Counted from the first letter of the stretch, positions 1 to 10,187 are shown. The stretch: 64,000 nucleotides of DNA from an uncultured Pseudomonadales bacterium (GCA_964637295.1 CAZWWE010000001.1:121808-185807); one strand, 5' to 3'. The notes: generated by a model not told the origin, from the letters alone. Numbers and translations are program-made.

Positions 1-1481
1 GAAAGAACAACAAATTTCTCGCCATCAGACATCAAACCCATCGCAATCCCTGCCACTGGTTTTTTGATTGGTACTCCCGCGGCCATCAGAGCCATGGTGG
101 AACCACAAACCGAAGCTTGAGAAGTAGAACCATTGGAACTCATGATGTTACTGACAACATGAATGGTGTAAGGGAATTCTTCTTGACTTGGTACCATTGG
201 TAGAAGTGCTCTCTCTGCGAGGGCACCGTGACCAATTTCACGTCTCTTGGGATAACCAATACGCCCAGCTTCACCAGAAGCATAAGGTGGCATATCGTAA
301 TGATGGAAATAATGACGAGTTTGTTCGCCGGCCATATCTTCCACCAATTGTCCAAGAGAAGGATCACCAAGAGTCACAACTGTGAGAGCTTGAGTGGCAC
401 CACGCTTGAACATCGCACTACCATGAACTCTAGGTAATAAATCGACTTCACACCAAATTGGTCTGATTTCAGTGGTATTACGACCATCTGGACGAATACC
501 ATCTTCGAGAATCATGCGACGAGCTTCATCCTTCATTAAGTCATGGAAAATGCCATTCAACATTCCCTCACTTAATTCACTGACTTCACCTTCGGCTAAT
601 TGAGCCTGATCTTCTTCTAAAATTTTAGCCACTAATTCTGATAAACCAGTTGGCTCCAAACGACCTTCTTTGTTAACCATCTCGTTGATTTCTTGTTTGT
701 AGGTGTTGGCCATGCGATCAACAATAGCTTGTTTAGCAGCGACTTTTTCTGGATCTTCGCTGTCTACCAAAACGAGCTTTTCTTTACCAACTTCAGCGGC
801 AATGCTTGTGATTTGCTCACAAATTTTAGTAGCTTCTGCTTGAGCTTTCAAAAGTGCTTCGATCATCACTTCTTCAGCAACTTCATTGGCACCAGCTTCC
901 ACCATTACAATAGAATTTTTTGAGGCAGACACGATTAGATCTAAATCGTTTTTCTCAATCTGACTGCGTAAAGGATTAATAATGAATTGCTTATTTTCAT
1001 CTAAACCAAGACGCATACCAGCCACTGGACCGTCAAAAGGAATATCGGAAATTTGCAGTGCCAATGAAGCACTTACAAGACCGATCATATCTGGTTCATT
1101 TTCACCATCATAAGACAAAACAGTGCTAATGACCTGCACTTCGTTAGTAATACCATCTGGGAAAAGTGGACGCATGGTGCGGTCAATGACACGAGCGCGA
1201 AGCACGCTGTCATCAGTAGGACGACCATCACGCTTTACCCAGCGAGAACCTTTGATAATACCACCAGCGAAAAGTTTTTCCACAAATTCAACTGATAAAG
1301 GGAAATAACCTAAATTGACTTTTCTACCCAAGGCAACAGTGGTATGAACCACAGTTTCACCACAAGTGGCCAAAACAGCAGCGCTGACTTGTTCACTAAA
1401 TTTGCCAATTTCTAAATGAATGACCTTGTCACCCACTAGAAGATCTTTCTTATAAGTATTTCCATACTTTGGATAAGACAT
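1..1481 (-). CDS. pnp: Polyribonucleotide nucleotidyltransferase (PNPase), 3'-truncated by window edge
   Basis: Not in ORF track. Manual translation from ATG at 1481 gives MSYPKYGNTYKKDLLVGDKVIHLEIGKFSEQVSAAVLATCGETVV..., with RARVIDRTMRPLFP, RVHGSAMFKRGATQ, SNGSTSQASVCGS and IAMGL RNase PH motifs; lies downstream of rpsO. Confidence 0.95.
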   Translation of the reverse strand, partial: MSYPKYGNTYKKDLLVGDKVIHLEIGKFSEQVSAAVLATCGETVVHTTVALGRKVNLGYFPLSVEFVEKLFAGGIIKGSRWVKRDGRPTDDSVLRARVIDRTMRPLFPDGITNEVQVISTVLSYDGENEPDMIGLVSASLALQISDIPFDGPVAGMRLGLDENKQFIINPLRSQIEKNDLDLIVSASKNSIVMVEAGANEVAEEVMIEALLKAQAEATKICEQITSIAAEVGKEKLVLVDSEDPEKVAAKQAIVDRMANTYKQEINEMVNKEGRLEPTGLSELVAKILEEDQAQLAEGEVSELSEGMLNGIFHDLMKDEARRMILEDGIRPDGRNTTEIRPIWCEVDLLPRVHGSAMFKRGATQALTVVTLGDPSLGQLVEDMAGEQTRHYFHHYDMPPYASGEAGRIGYPKRREIGHGALAERALLPMVPSQEEFPYTIHVVSNIMSSNGSTSQASVCGSTMALMAAGVPIKKPVAGIAMGLMSDGEKFVVL

Positions 1482-1515
1482 ATTTTTCTTTCTTGCTCTT
1501 TTTTAGAGCGATTTT

Positions 1516-1601
1516 GAAAACTAAAGAGGGAATGAGTATTCTGAAAAGAAGAGAAAAAATTCTCGCCTTTTTTGAATCCTCCAAAACCCTTTTGAGTTTT
1601 C
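1516..1601 (-). promoter_or_regulatory. Long imperfect hairpin in pnp 5' leader (candidate RNase III/autoregulation stem)
   Basis: Arms gaaaactaaagaggg (1516-1530) and cccttttgagttttc (1587-1601) with nested stems; extended -10 TGTTATAAT on minus strand at 1620-1628 upstream. Confidence 0.5.
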
Positions 1602-1638
1602 TATTAAATAACTTCGTTCATTATAACACGATAAAGGT

Positions 1639-1666
1639 AAAAACCCGGCTCAAGAGCCGGGTTTTA
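1639..1666 (-). terminator. Intrinsic terminator after rpsO
   Basis: aaaacccggctc-aa-gagccgggtttt perfect hairpin flanked by A/T runs just past the rpsO stop. Confidence 0.8.
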
Positions 1667-1687
1667 AGATTTTAAAAATATTAGAGC

Positions 1688-1957
1688 TTATTTACTCAAA
1701 CCCAATTTTTCAATCAATTTACGATATCTGTCTTCACTTCTGGAAAGCAAGAAATTTAATAGACGACGTCTCTTAGAAACTTGCTTGAGCAAACCTTTGC
1801 GAGAGTGGTTGTCTTTTTTGTGCAACTTTAAGTGTTCAGTTAACTGTTCTATAGAAGCAGTTAAAAGAGCCACCTGTACCTCTGGGGATCCAGTATCACC
1901 TTCAAAAAGAGCGAAGTCTTTGATGATTGAAGCTTTACGTGTGTTTGCTAATGCCAT
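1688..1957 (-). CDS. rpsO: 30S ribosomal protein S15
   Basis: [13 protein letters not shown]...[13 protein letters not shown] motif, 89 aa; SD GAAAGGA. Confidence 0.98.
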   Translation of the reverse strand: MALANTRKASIIKDFALFEGDTGSPEVQVALLTASIEQLTEHLKLHKKDNHSRKGLLKQVSKRRRLLNFLLSRSEDRYRKLIEKLGLSK

Positions 1958-2056
1958 AATTTCCTTTCACCTTTATCTATCTAGTGCTTCGAACCAAATA
2001 GAAAAGTAAGCATTAATTGATAACAGGGATATTATAAATCCTACCAGAGAAAAAGT

Positions 2057-3541
2057 CTAGTTTTCTTTTTTGTAAGCAACAATAAGATCGCCAATTTGAA
2101 AATCGAGTTTTTTATTTTTAAAAGTTAAGCCACCTTCATTCTTAGTACCAATGCGATCAATTTCGTCTTTACCATGTTTCATGGTTTTAAGAACCGGATT
2201 GGCAATAATTTCTTCACCCCTCTTAAGATGTAAGAGATCTGTTTTCTTCAATTCGCCAGTTTTAACTCTCACTCCAGCAATAGTTTCGCCTTTCATCTCA
2301 AAAATCTGTAAGATTTCGGCTTCACCAGTTACCACTTCATCAAAAGTCGCATCCATCAATTTGAGCATGCTTTGTTGAAGATCTTCGATCAGATGATAAA
2401 TAATGTTATATTCTTTGATTTTAACTCCCATGCTCTTGGCAATTTTTTTCTGGGTGTTATTCACTTTGACATTAAAAGCAATGAGTAAAACCTGACTATC
2501 ACGAGCCAATTCCATATCTTGTTCGGTAATTTGACCAACGCCGCAAGCAATCACTTCCACAGTTTCCTTGTCTAAACTTTGCAAAATTGCTTCCAACGTT
2601 CCTTTGACATCAGCTTTAATGACTAATTTAATTTTTTCTTTGTCACCAAGCATGAAATCTAAATCCATGTTCTCCCAATTAACTTCATCGCTTAAGCGGA
2701 AAGATTTTTCGAGATCGCCAGTTTTACTAAACTCTGCAGTTAAATCCTCATCGTAATTGGCATTAGCATCTCTGATGACGCTACCTACCTCTGGGACATC
2801 ACTTAAACCAATAATTTCAGCTGGTTCACCGGGTAAAACTTGATCCATGGCCTGACAGGCTTCATTTTGCAGCAAACGTACACGACCAGCGATATCATCA
2901 ACTACCAAATCTTGACGAGATTGTAGGGTACCAGAACGCACAATCACGCGAGCCACTGGACCTTTATTTTTTTCCATAGTTGATTCGATTACTACAGCTT
3001 CAAGAGGAGCAGTTGGATCAGCTTTGAGTTCTAATAAATCGGCCATAACAGTAATGGTTTCAAGTAACTTATCTACACCCAATCCAGTTTTGGCAGAAAT
3101 TTCCACAGCTTCGATATCACCACCATATTCTTGTAATAAAACATCGGCTTCAGCCAATTGACCCTTAACCACTTCTAAATGTAAATCTGGTAAATCAATT
3201 TTATTGATTGCCACGATGAAAGGCACCTTGCTTTCCTTAATAAAGCGAATCGATTCTAAGGTTTGAGGCTTGACCCCATCATTGGCTGCCACTACCAAAA
3301 TTACCAAATCTGTAACCTGAGCTCCACGTTGACGCATTTTATTAAAGGCTGCGTGACCTGGAGTATCAATAAAAGTGACTTTTTGACCTTGAAAATCAAT
3401 CTGGTAAGCTCCAATATGTTGAGTAATACCACCTGCTTCGCGAGCAGCTAAATTAGAATGACGAATAAAATCCAAGAGCGAGGTTTTGCCGTGATCGACA
3501 TGACCCATAATGGTAATAATTGGCGCTCTTTTTTGTAGCAT
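2057..3541 (-). CDS. infB: Translation initiation factor IF-2 (short form lacking N-terminal domain)
   Basis: IMGHVDHGKT, EAGGITQHIGAY, DTPGH and INKID motifs; ATG at 3541 (alternative TTG at 3562). Confidence 0.95.
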   Translation of the reverse strand: MLQKRAPIITIMGHVDHGKTSLLDFIRHSNLAAREAGGITQHIGAYQIDFQGQKVTFIDTPGHAAFNKMRQRGAQVTDLVILVVAANDGVKPQTLESIRFIKESKVPFIVAINKIDLPDLHLEVVKGQLAEADVLLQEYGGDIEAVEISAKTGLGVDKLLETITVMADLLELKADPTAPLEAVVIESTMEKNKGPVARVIVRSGTLQSRQDLVVDDIAGRVRLLQNEACQAMDQVLPGEPAEIIGLSDVPEVGSVIRDANANYDEDLTAEFSKTGDLEKSFRLSDEVNWENMDLDFMLGDKEKIKLVIKADVKGTLEAILQSLDKETVEVIACGVGQITEQDMELARDSQVLLIAFNVKVNNTQKKIAKSMGVKIKEYNIIYHLIEDLQQSMLKLMDATFDEVVTGEAEILQIFEMKGETIAGVRVKTGELKKTDLLHLKRGEEIIANPVLKTMKHGKDEIDRIGTKNEGGLTFKNKKLDFQIGDLIVAYKKEN

Positions 3542-3562
3542 AATTTGTTGATCGCGAATCAA

Positions 3563-4810
3563 TTATTCGCGTTTTGCCTCTTCAGCTAAATATTCATCTA
3601 CTTTGACTAATAAGATTTTTTGATCAGCTTCACTCACTTCATTCATATTGACCCATTTATCTCTAAATCTAACCAAGTCAGCTAAAGTAGTTAATTTATG
3701 TTGAATCAAAACTTCTCTGGTGTCAGCTGACAGACCAAAAGTGTCAATCTCGTAATCTTCTTTACCAGTCACAGCTGATTGTACTTCGCCAGAAGCGGAT
3801 TTAATAGTAATTTGATAACCAGTTAACTTAGCGGCTAAACGCACATTTTGACCACCACGACCAATTACCAAAGATAGTTGATCATCTGGAGCAGTGACAA
3901 TCACCATTCGATTTTTATCATTAATTTCTAACTTCAAGCCTTCGGCCGGAGCTAGGGCAGCTTGTAGTAAAAGTCTAGCGTCAGCAGAGTAAGGAATAAT
4001 ATCAACTTTTTCATTATTTAATTCTTCGATCACTTTCTGCACACGTACACCACGTTGACCCACACAAGAACCAACTGGATCAACTCCTTCTTGAGTTGAT
4101 TTAACAGTTAATTTAGTGCGTACACCAGCTTCACGAGCAATGGCGACAATTTCCACTGCGCCAGAAGCTACTTCTGGCACTTCACGCTCAAAAAGTTTGC
4201 TGACTAATTCGGCACTAGCACGAGTGACAATAATTTGTTCACCACGTACAGTTTCGCTGATTTCTTTGATCAAGACAGCCAAGCGTTGATTGAGACGATA
4301 GAATTCGCCACGCATTTGCTCTTCTGGGGGCATAAATGCTTGACCACGACCAATATCTAAAATAACACTGCGGCCTTGCATGCGCAAAACTTGACCAGTC
4401 ACCACTTCACCAATACGATCACGATAAGCAGCGATAATAGTATCTTTTTCACTTCTTCTAATGCGTTGTAAGATTACTTGTTTAGCAGTTTGAGCAGCAA
4501 TACGACCAAAACCAGCTGGAGTCACATCTTCAGATTTTTTCTCATCCCATTCTAAGGGCTCGAGAGTTTCTTCATCCATTTTGGTGACTGGGGCTTTGAG
4601 AATACGAGCTGAGCCGTTATTTTTATCGAGATCAACGTAGTAATAGAAGCTTTCATCAAGATCACCAATTTGTTTACGATAGGCAGAAACCAAAGCTTGG
4701 CGAATGGCTTCATAAATATCTTCTGGATCAATTTTGCGCTCTGTAGCAATTTGCGTAATTGCAGCGGCAAATTCGGTTCTGACTAAGTTAGCATTTTGTA
4801 CTGTAGACAT
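3563..4810 (-). CDS. nusA: Transcription termination/antitermination factor NusA
   Basis: FGRIAAQTAKQVILQRIR, S1 and KH domains (DPVGSCVGQRG, IGRGGQNVRLA). Confidence 0.97.
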   Translation of the reverse strand: MSTVQNANLVRTEFAAAITQIATERKIDPEDIYEAIRQALVSAYRKQIGDLDESFYYYVDLDKNNGSARILKAPVTKMDEETLEPLEWDEKKSEDVTPAGFGRIAAQTAKQVILQRIRRSEKDTIIAAYRDRIGEVVTGQVLRMQGRSVILDIGRGQAFMPPEEQMRGEFYRLNQRLAVLIKEISETVRGEQIIVTRASAELVSKLFEREVPEVASGAVEIVAIAREAGVRTKLTVKSTQEGVDPVGSCVGQRGVRVQKVIEELNNEKVDIIPYSADARLLLQAALAPAEGLKLEINDKNRMVIVTAPDDQLSLVIGRGGQNVRLAAKLTGYQITIKSASGEVQSAVTGKEDYEIDTFGLSADTREVLIQHKLTTLADLVRFRDKWVNMNEVSEADQKILLVKVDEYLAEEAKRE

Positions 4811-4820
4811 AAATCCGTCA

Positions 4821-4910
4821 CAAATTTATTTTTCTCTTCGGAAATCACTTGAAGAAATACATTTCTTCAGGCGATTTAAATTCATCAAAAAAATAAATTT
4901 GCTCCTTTCT
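4821..4910 (-). promoter_or_regulatory. Split-RBS hairpin, copy 1 (nusA)
   Basis: mRNA reads AGAAAGGAG (4910-4902), 81-nt hairpin (4901-4821), UGACGGAUUU, AUG; apical TGAAGAAAT-AC-ATTTCTTCA. Confidence 0.75.
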
Positions 4911-4941
4911 ATATTTTTTTCTATTTTTTATTAGAATCTTA

Positions 4942-4996
4942 AGTATTTTGAAATAAGTCCGTTGAACGAGTGTGACATGACTTATTTTAAAGTACT
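4942..4996. repeat. Long-stem element family 2, minimal copy (nusA leader)
   Basis: agtattttgaaataagtc / gacttattttaaagtact arms around CGT-TGAAC-GAGTG-TGA-CAT; shares junction words with copies at 8.7, 23.8 and 42.2 kb. Confidence 0.55.
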
Positions 4997-5013
4997 GCAA
5001 GATGTCTGCTTAT

Positions 5014-5041
5014 AAAAAAAGGACTTGTCTTTCAACAGTCC
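5014..5041 (-). terminator. Attenuator-like terminator in nusA leader (could also end dnaJ read-through)
   Basis: GGACUGU-UGAAAG-ACAAGUCC followed by U7 on minus strand, about 25 nt downstream of extended -10 TGTTATAAT (5066-5074). Confidence 0.6.
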
Positions 5042-5118
5042 TCCTCTTACAAAACAACTAACCGTATTATAACAAAAAAACCAGAAAAAACCAGCTAGAA
5101 CTCTAATAAAAAAACAAT

Positions 5119-5988
5119 TTAGAGACCAAGCTCTTTTAAATCCTCCAACAAAGATTTCTGTTCTCTACTTAATTTCTCTGGCACATCCACAATCAATCTC
5201 ACATATAAATCACCTTTACCGCGACTTTGCAAATGCTTAACTCCTTCATCTCGTAAACGAATCAAAGAATGAGAGGGCGTACCAGGTCTAACTTTGAGCT
5301 TAATTTTACCAGTGAGAGTCTCTATTTCAATTTGTCCACCTAGAGCAGCAGTGCTAAAACTAATTTTTTCATCAACAAAAACATCATAGCCATCACGCTT
5401 GAAACGCGGATGAGTGCCAACATCTATGGAAACATCAAAATCGGTAAAACGAATACGTGTTCCATTATTAGCACCAGCTGGCACCTTAATCTTTTGTCTT
5501 TTACCCTCAATTTCGACGTCTTTGGTGACACCATTAATCGCCTCCATGAATTCAATTTGGAGTGAATAATGTGGTCGACGTTTAGCTCGGCCACTAAAAC
5601 CGCCACCAAAAAATTGTTCAAAAATTTCAAAAGGATCGCCAAAATCAAATTCAGCGCCCTGACCACCACTAGCATAAGAAGACCAATTAAAACCACCAGC
5701 TTGCCCACTAAAACCACCAAAACCTCCAAAAGGCCCTTGCCCGCCGCCCATGCCAGAAGAAGGATCAAAGGCTGCATGGCCAAATTGATCATAAGTTTGC
5801 TTTTTCTTAGGATCGGATAAAACTTGATAAGCTTCGTTAATTTCTTTAAATCTGTCTTCAGCGCCGGTTTCTTTGTTACGATCGGGATGATATTTTAAGG
5901 CCATCTTGCGGTAAGCAGATTTGATTTCTGCGGCACTGGCAGTTTTGCTCACTCCTAAAACTTCGTAATAATCACGTTTAGCTGACAT
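5119..5988 (-). CDS. dnaJ: J-domain co-chaperone (class B, no Zn finger)
   Basis: DYYEVLGV, HPD motif, G/F-rich region, C-terminal domain; no CxxCxGxG repeats; downstream of dnaK. Confidence 0.92.
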   Translation of the reverse strand: MSAKRDYYEVLGVSKTASAAEIKSAYRKMALKYHPDRNKETGAEDRFKEINEAYQVLSDPKKKQTYDQFGHAAFDPSSGMGGGQGPFGGFGGFSGQAGGFNWSSYASGGQGAEFDFGDPFEIFEQFFGGGFSGRAKRRPHYSLQIEFMEAINGVTKDVEIEGKRQKIKVPAGANNGTRIRFTDFDVSIDVGTHPRFKRDGYDVFVDEKISFSTAALGGQIEIETLTGKIKLKVRPGTPSHSLIRLRDEGVKHLQSRGKGDLYVRLIVDVPEKLSREQKSLLEDLKELGL

Positions 5989-6012
5989 AATTTAAATGAT
6001 TTAAGCAATATA

Positions 6013-6040
6013 AGAGGCGCTGGCTGTAGCCAGCGCCTCT
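6013..6040 (-). terminator. GC-rich hairpin between dnaK and dnaJ (partial terminator or stabiliser)
   Basis: agaggcgctggct-gt-agccagcgcctct perfect inverted repeat; weak U-tract. Confidence 0.6.
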
Positions 6041-6054
6041 ACAAGTTTTTAATA

Positions 6055-7986
6055 TTATTCCTTAACTACTTCGCCTTCTTCCGCGTCTTTTTTCTGCGCA
6101 TTAGCAGCTGCTTCGTCAGTTTTTTTATTTTCACCAGCAGTGTCACTTTTTTTAGCCTCAGCTTGAGCTTGAGCAGCCTGGGCTTTTTGCATTGCTTCAC
6201 CAATTTTGGAAGCTGAAGCCATAGTAGCTTCAATCGCTTTATCTAGATCCTCTTTACTAACATCTTCTTTAGCAGCCATTTCTTTGAGTTTTTTGAGATC
6301 TTCTTCAATTTTCTCACGATCAGCACTTTCTAATTTATCACCATATTCCTTGAGTTGTTTTTCCATTTCAAAAACAATGCTACTGGCCTTGTTTTTGCTT
6401 TCAATCAACTCTTTTTTGGCTTTGTCAGCTTCAGCAAATTTTTCTGCCTCAGCTTTCATTTTTTCAACTTCTTCTTCAGAAAGATTGGTGCTATTGGCAA
6501 TGGTAATCTTTTGCTCTTTTGAAGAAGTTTTATCTTTAGCAGTGACGTTTAAAATACCATTGCTATCGATATCAAAGGTCACTTCAATTTGAGGTACGCC
6601 ACGCATGGCAGCCGGAATACCATCAAGAATGAAGCGTCCTAAACTCTTATTGTCGGCGGCCATTTCACGTTCACCTTGCAAAACATTGATTTCCACCTGA
6701 GTTTGATTGTCAGCTGCGGTCGAAAAAACTTGAGATTTGCTGGTAGGAATGGTGGTGTTTCTATCAATTAAAGGCGTACGAATCCCCCCCAAGGTTTCAA
6801 TACCCAAAGTAAGAGGCGTAACATCTAGCAATACCACGTCGTTAACATCACCAGAAATCACTCCAGCTTGCACAGCAGCCCCAATGGCCACCACTTCGTC
6901 TGGATTAACTCCCTTATGAGGTTCTTTGCCAAAAAACTCTTCAACCATCTTTTGCACTTTGGGCATTCTGGTCATACCACCTACCAAAACCACCTCGTTG
7001 ATATCTTTGGCTGATAACTTAGCGTCACTAAGAGCTTTTTTAACTGGCTCAATAGATTTTTTAATTAAATCATCGACCAATTCTTCTAGCTTGGCTCTAG
7101 TCAAAGTTAAGGTCAAATGCAAAGGTTGACCATCATCTCCTTGAGTAATAAAGGGCTGATTAATTTCGGTGCTGGCACTGGCAGATAATTCGATCTTAGC
7201 TTTTTCAGCCGCATCTTTAATACGCTGCATGGCTTGAGGATCTTTGGTTAAATCTTTACCTTGATCTTTTTTGAATTCACTGACAATCCATTCAATGATG
7301 GCACTGTCAAAATCATCACCGCCAAGGAAAGTGTCGCCATTAGTCGATTTCACTTCAAAAACTCCATCACCAATTTCCAAAATGGAAATATCAAAAGTAC
7401 CTCCGCCTAAATCATAAACAGCAATGGTTTGTGAACCTTTTTTGTCTAAACCATAAGCAAGAGCGGCGGCGGTAGGTTCATTGACAATTCTTTCTACTTT
7501 GAGACCAGCAATTTCACCAGCTTGTTTAGTAGCTTGACGTTGGGCATCATTAAAATAAGCTGGCACGGTAATCACGGCACGATCAACTTTTTCACCAAGA
7601 AAACTTTCGGCATCAGCTTTGGCTTTGGCCAAAATTTTGGCAGAAATTTCTTGTGGGGTATATTTTTTGCCATCAATATTAACCACAGCCATACCATCTT
7701 TACCCTCAACTACTTCGTAAGAAACATGTTTAATGGCTTGCTTCACTGCATCATCATTAAGCTTGCGACCCATAAATCTTTTGACAGAATTGACAGTTTT
7801 TTTAGCATTAAGAACCATTTGGCGTTTGGCGGGGTCACCCACGATCACGTCATTATTTTTGAAACCTACGATTGAAGGAAAAGTGTTGCGACCTTCGCTA
7901 GTAGGAATAATTACTGGACTGCCACCTTGCATGACTGCGATTGCAGAATTAGTAGTTCCAAGATCAATTCCAATGATTTTTGACAT
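6055..7986 (-). CDS. dnaK: Chaperone DnaK (Hsp70)
   Basis: [33 protein letters not shown] motifs. Confidence 0.99.
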   Translation of the reverse strand: MSKIIGIDLGTTNSAIAVMQGGSPVIIPTSEGRNTFPSIVGFKNNDVIVGDPAKRQMVLNAKKTVNSVKRFMGRKLNDDAVKQAIKHVSYEVVEGKDGMAVVNIDGKKYTPQEISAKILAKAKADAESFLGEKVDRAVITVPAYFNDAQRQATKQAGEIAGLKVERIVNEPTAAALAYGLDKKGSQTIAVYDLGGGTFDISILEIGDGVFEVKSTNGDTFLGGDDFDSAIIEWIVSEFKKDQGKDLTKDPQAMQRIKDAAEKAKIELSASASTEINQPFITQGDDGQPLHLTLTLTRAKLEELVDDLIKKSIEPVKKALSDAKLSAKDINEVVLVGGMTRMPKVQKMVEEFFGKEPHKGVNPDEVVAIGAAVQAGVISGDVNDVVLLDVTPLTLGIETLGGIRTPLIDRNTTIPTSKSQVFSTAADNQTQVEINVLQGEREMAADNKSLGRFILDGIPAAMRGVPQIEVTFDIDSNGILNVTAKDKTSSKEQKITIANSTNLSEEEVEKMKAEAEKFAEADKAKKELIESKNKASSIVFEMEKQLKEYGDKLESADREKIEEDLKKLKEMAAKEDVSKEDLDKAIEATMASASKIGEAMQKAQAAQAQAEAKKSDTAGENKKTDEAAANAQKKDAEEGEVVKE

Positions 7987-7994
7987 AGCCTCAT

Positions 7995-8079
7995 AAATTA
8001 ATTTTAAGACAGAGATGACTTGAATAAATACATTTCTTCACGTCATCAAAATGTCTAAAAAATCAATTTTTTCCTTTCT
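7995..8079 (-). promoter_or_regulatory. Split-RBS hairpin, copy 2 (dnaK)
   Basis: mRNA reads AGAAAGGA-AA, 75-nt hairpin (8069-7995), AUGAGGCU, AUG; apical ttgaataaat-ac-atttcttca almost identical to the nusA copy. Confidence 0.7.
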
Positions 8080-8115
8080 TTTTCAATTATATTTGTTTTT
8101 AATTATTAACTTATT

Positions 8116-8142
8116 TTAGCAGACGCAAGCTTTGACTGCTAG
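8116..8142. promoter_or_regulatory. CIRCE-like HrcA operator between grpE and dnaK
   Basis: TTAGCAGAC-N9-GACTGCTAG versus consensus TTAGCACTC-N9-GAGTGCTAA. Confidence 0.75.
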
Positions 8143-8150
8143 TAGCAATT

Positions 8151-8648
8151 TTAGGCTAAAATCACTTGAGCATGCTGAATCACTTCGCCATTTAACTTAT
8201 AACCCTTGCGCACTACTTCAGCGACTTTTTCGCCCTCACCTTTTTTGTCTACTACTTCCATCGTATTTAAATCAAATTTTTGACCCAAGACATCCAATTC
8301 TTCTAAACCAAATTCTTTTAATTCTTTCCAAAATTGAGCTATGACCATATTTAAACCCTGATTGTTAATGTTATCTGCCGCCATCGAAAGATGTTCTAGC
8401 GGTTGCAACAGTGCCTGACAAAAATCTTTATTGGCCATTTTGATAAAAGCCATACGCTCTTCTTGGCTACGACGCTGTAAATTTTGATAATCAGCCAAAG
8501 CTCTTTTTTCTCTCTCCAAAGACGCATTTAATAGAAGTTGCAATTCTTGAATTTTTCTCTGCTCTTCGCTCACCACTTCTGCAGATGAGTTTTGAGCAGT
8601 AGCTTGTTGGTTGTTTTTATTTTTCATATTAATTTTGATCTTTTTCAT
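8151..8648 (-). CDS. grpE: Nucleotide exchange factor GrpE
   Basis: RALADYQNLQRR, GQKFDLNTMEVV, VRKGYKLNGEVIQHAQV; start uncertain. Confidence 0.93.
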   Translation of the reverse strand: MKKIKINMKNKNNQQATAQNSSAEVVSEEQRKIQELQLLLNASLEREKRALADYQNLQRRSQEERMAFIKMANKDFCQALLQPLEHLSMAADNINNQGLNMVIAQFWKELKEFGLEELDVLGQKFDLNTMEVVDKKGEGEKVAEVVRKGYKLNGEVIQHAQVILA

Positions 8649-8673
8649 AATTTTTAATTTCAATTAAAGAAAA

Positions 8674-8843
8674 TTTTTACTCTTGGTATTTTAATAAAGA
8701 CCGTAGAAAGCGCTGAACAAAAACAAAAAATAAGCAATCATGCTCATAAGCAGCGCTTTCTCCGAATGAGAAAAAGATTGTCAACTTCAAAAAGCAACAA
8801 TTTTCGTCGAATGTGTCTCTTATTAAAGTACCAAGAGTAAAAA
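8674..8843. repeat. Long-stem three-way-junction element family 2 (after hrcA)
   Basis: 28-bp terminal arms 8674-8701 and 8815-8843; inner stems agaaagcgctg/cagcgctttct and aagattgt/acaatttt. Confidence 0.75.
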
Positions 8844-8845
8844 AC

Positions 8846-9562
8846 TTAATCCACCATGCTCTCGATCAAACCCTTAAAATATTTCATGATCGGTAAAACA
8901 TAAGAATAATCAAATCTCGTCGAACCTAACACGCCAAAACGACAATTATTGTTGGGTAATTCCACAAACATAATACTGATTTGGTCTAAATCTCTGTTGC
9001 CTAAATCTTGACCAAAAACTACTTTCACGGCATTTTCACTGTGATTGCTTTCAAAAATTTGATCCATCACTTGTTCTTCTTCGATCATGCGCAAAACTTG
9101 TCTGGTCAAATTGATATCATAAAATTCTGGCATCTGTAATAAATTGGAGTATCCAGAGTGATAAAGCTTACCATCTGGAGTCATAGCAATGCCCAAAGCA
9201 TGTGATTTTTCGGCTAAAACTCTCGATGTTTCATAAAGTAAATCTTCCATTTTGTCGCGATAACGCCAAATTTTTTCCTTAACTCCCACCTCATCAGCCA
9301 CCGAAAGTTCTTTTTCTTTGACTAATTCATTGATATATAAACGCATGGCTAAAGCAGTGGGCACACGACCTGCGCTAATGTGGGATTTAATCAAATAGCC
9401 TTGTTTTGTGAGATAAACCATTTCATTGCGAATGGTCGCTGGAGAAACACCAATATTATATTTCTTATCAATCGTTTCAGAACCAACTGGCATGCCAGTT
9501 TCAATAAATTCCTCGATAATAGCACGTAAAATTTGGATTTGGCGGGCAACTAAATCGATCAT
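8846..9562 (-). CDS. hrcA: Heat-inducible transcription repressor HrcA
   Basis: RQIQILRAIIEEFIETGMPVGS, SPATIRNEM, HISAGRVPT motifs; first gene of dnaK operon. Confidence 0.95.
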   Translation of the reverse strand: MIDLVARQIQILRAIIEEFIETGMPVGSETIDKKYNIGVSPATIRNEMVYLTKQGYLIKSHISAGRVPTALAMRLYINELVKEKELSVADEVGVKEKIWRYRDKMEDLLYETSRVLAEKSHALGIAMTPDGKLYHSGYSNLLQMPEFYDINLTRQVLRMIEEEQVMDQIFESNHSENAVKVVFGQDLGNRDLDQISIMFVELPNNNCRFGVLGSTRFDYSYVLPIMKYFKGLIESMVD

Positions 9563-9565
9563 ATA

Positions 9566-9600
9566 TTAGCAATCATATCGATAGTTTGCTAATGTGTCAA
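9566..9600 (-). promoter_or_regulatory. sigma70 promoter of hrcA overlapped by CIRCE
   Basis: Minus strand TTGACA-N17-TATGAT-N9-ATG; CIRCE TTAGCAATC-N9-GTTTGCTAA at 9566-9592. Confidence 0.85.
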
Positions 9601-9680
9601 GCAGAGACAAGAACGCTTTTTTAATAAAAAAGAGCTTGTCTCTAGATAAAAAAAGGATATAATTGATATACCATCATAAA

Positions 9681-10097
9681 ATGACAATAGGTCAAATAGA
9701 AGATAGGCTGGCCAAAACCATTACTAGTTTCTATCACCAGACCATTGGCTACGGTCCGAAAGAAACTCACGTGCGCATCTTGTCAGATATGATCATTGTT
9801 CGGCTTAAAGGACAATTACTTCCCCTAGAAAAAGAATTGCTTAAAGATAAAAAAGGCATTGATTTGGTTAAAAATATTCATGAGTTGATGCACGAAGCTT
9901 TTACAACTCAAATTGGACTTTTGGTCAAAAAAATTACTAAATGTCGAGTGATTAGTTCTCATAGTGATGTCAGCACTAAAACCGAAGAAATGATCGAAAT
10001 TTTTATTTTAGAACAAGATTACGAGAGTCAATTTAAAAATCACATCATTAAAAATCAGACGATTAAGCATAAAGGAAAAACACCCAATTTAGCCTAG
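9681..10097 (+). CDS. DUF2294 / MpsC-family protein
   Basis: MTIGQIEDRLAKTITSFY..IGYGPKE..V.ILSDMIIVRLKG.L.PLEK.L..HSDVSTKT.E pattern typical of DUF2294. Confidence 0.8.
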   Translation: MTIGQIEDRLAKTITSFYHQTIGYGPKETHVRILSDMIIVRLKGQLLPLEKELLKDKKGIDLVKNIHELMHEAFTTQIGLLVKKITKCRVISSHSDVSTKTEEMIEIFILEQDYESQFKNHIIKNQTIKHKGKTPNLA

Positions 10098-10102
10098 ATG
10101 CT

Positions 10103-10187
10103 AATAGTCTTTTACCAAGTTTGGTTGACGCTTTAAAACTTCGCGGTCGTAAATCGTAAACCTCTCCCAAAAAGGAGGTTTGCGATG
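10103..10187 (+). promoter_or_regulatory. Candidate cis-regulatory RNA with SD-sequestering hairpin
   Basis: atcgtaaacctc (10153-10164) pairs with gaggtttgcgat (10175-10186), covering part of the SD AAAGGAGG and the ATG; small upstream stems. Confidence 0.55.

Noticed and set aside
140-1675. Short ORFs called by the track over 1-1675
   Set aside because: They are shadows of the minus-strand pnp gene, which the track missed because it runs off the window, or of its leader.
4825-4885. Leader peptide MNLNRLKKCISSSDFRREK within the nusA hairpin
   Set aside because: SD spacing is too long and there is no equivalent ORF at the same position in the groEL copy.
8701-8815. Hammerhead ribozyme reading of the family-2 junction (GUA..CCGAAUGAG..CGAA)
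   Set aside because: The core does not match CUGANGA/GAAA and is not preserved in the other copies.
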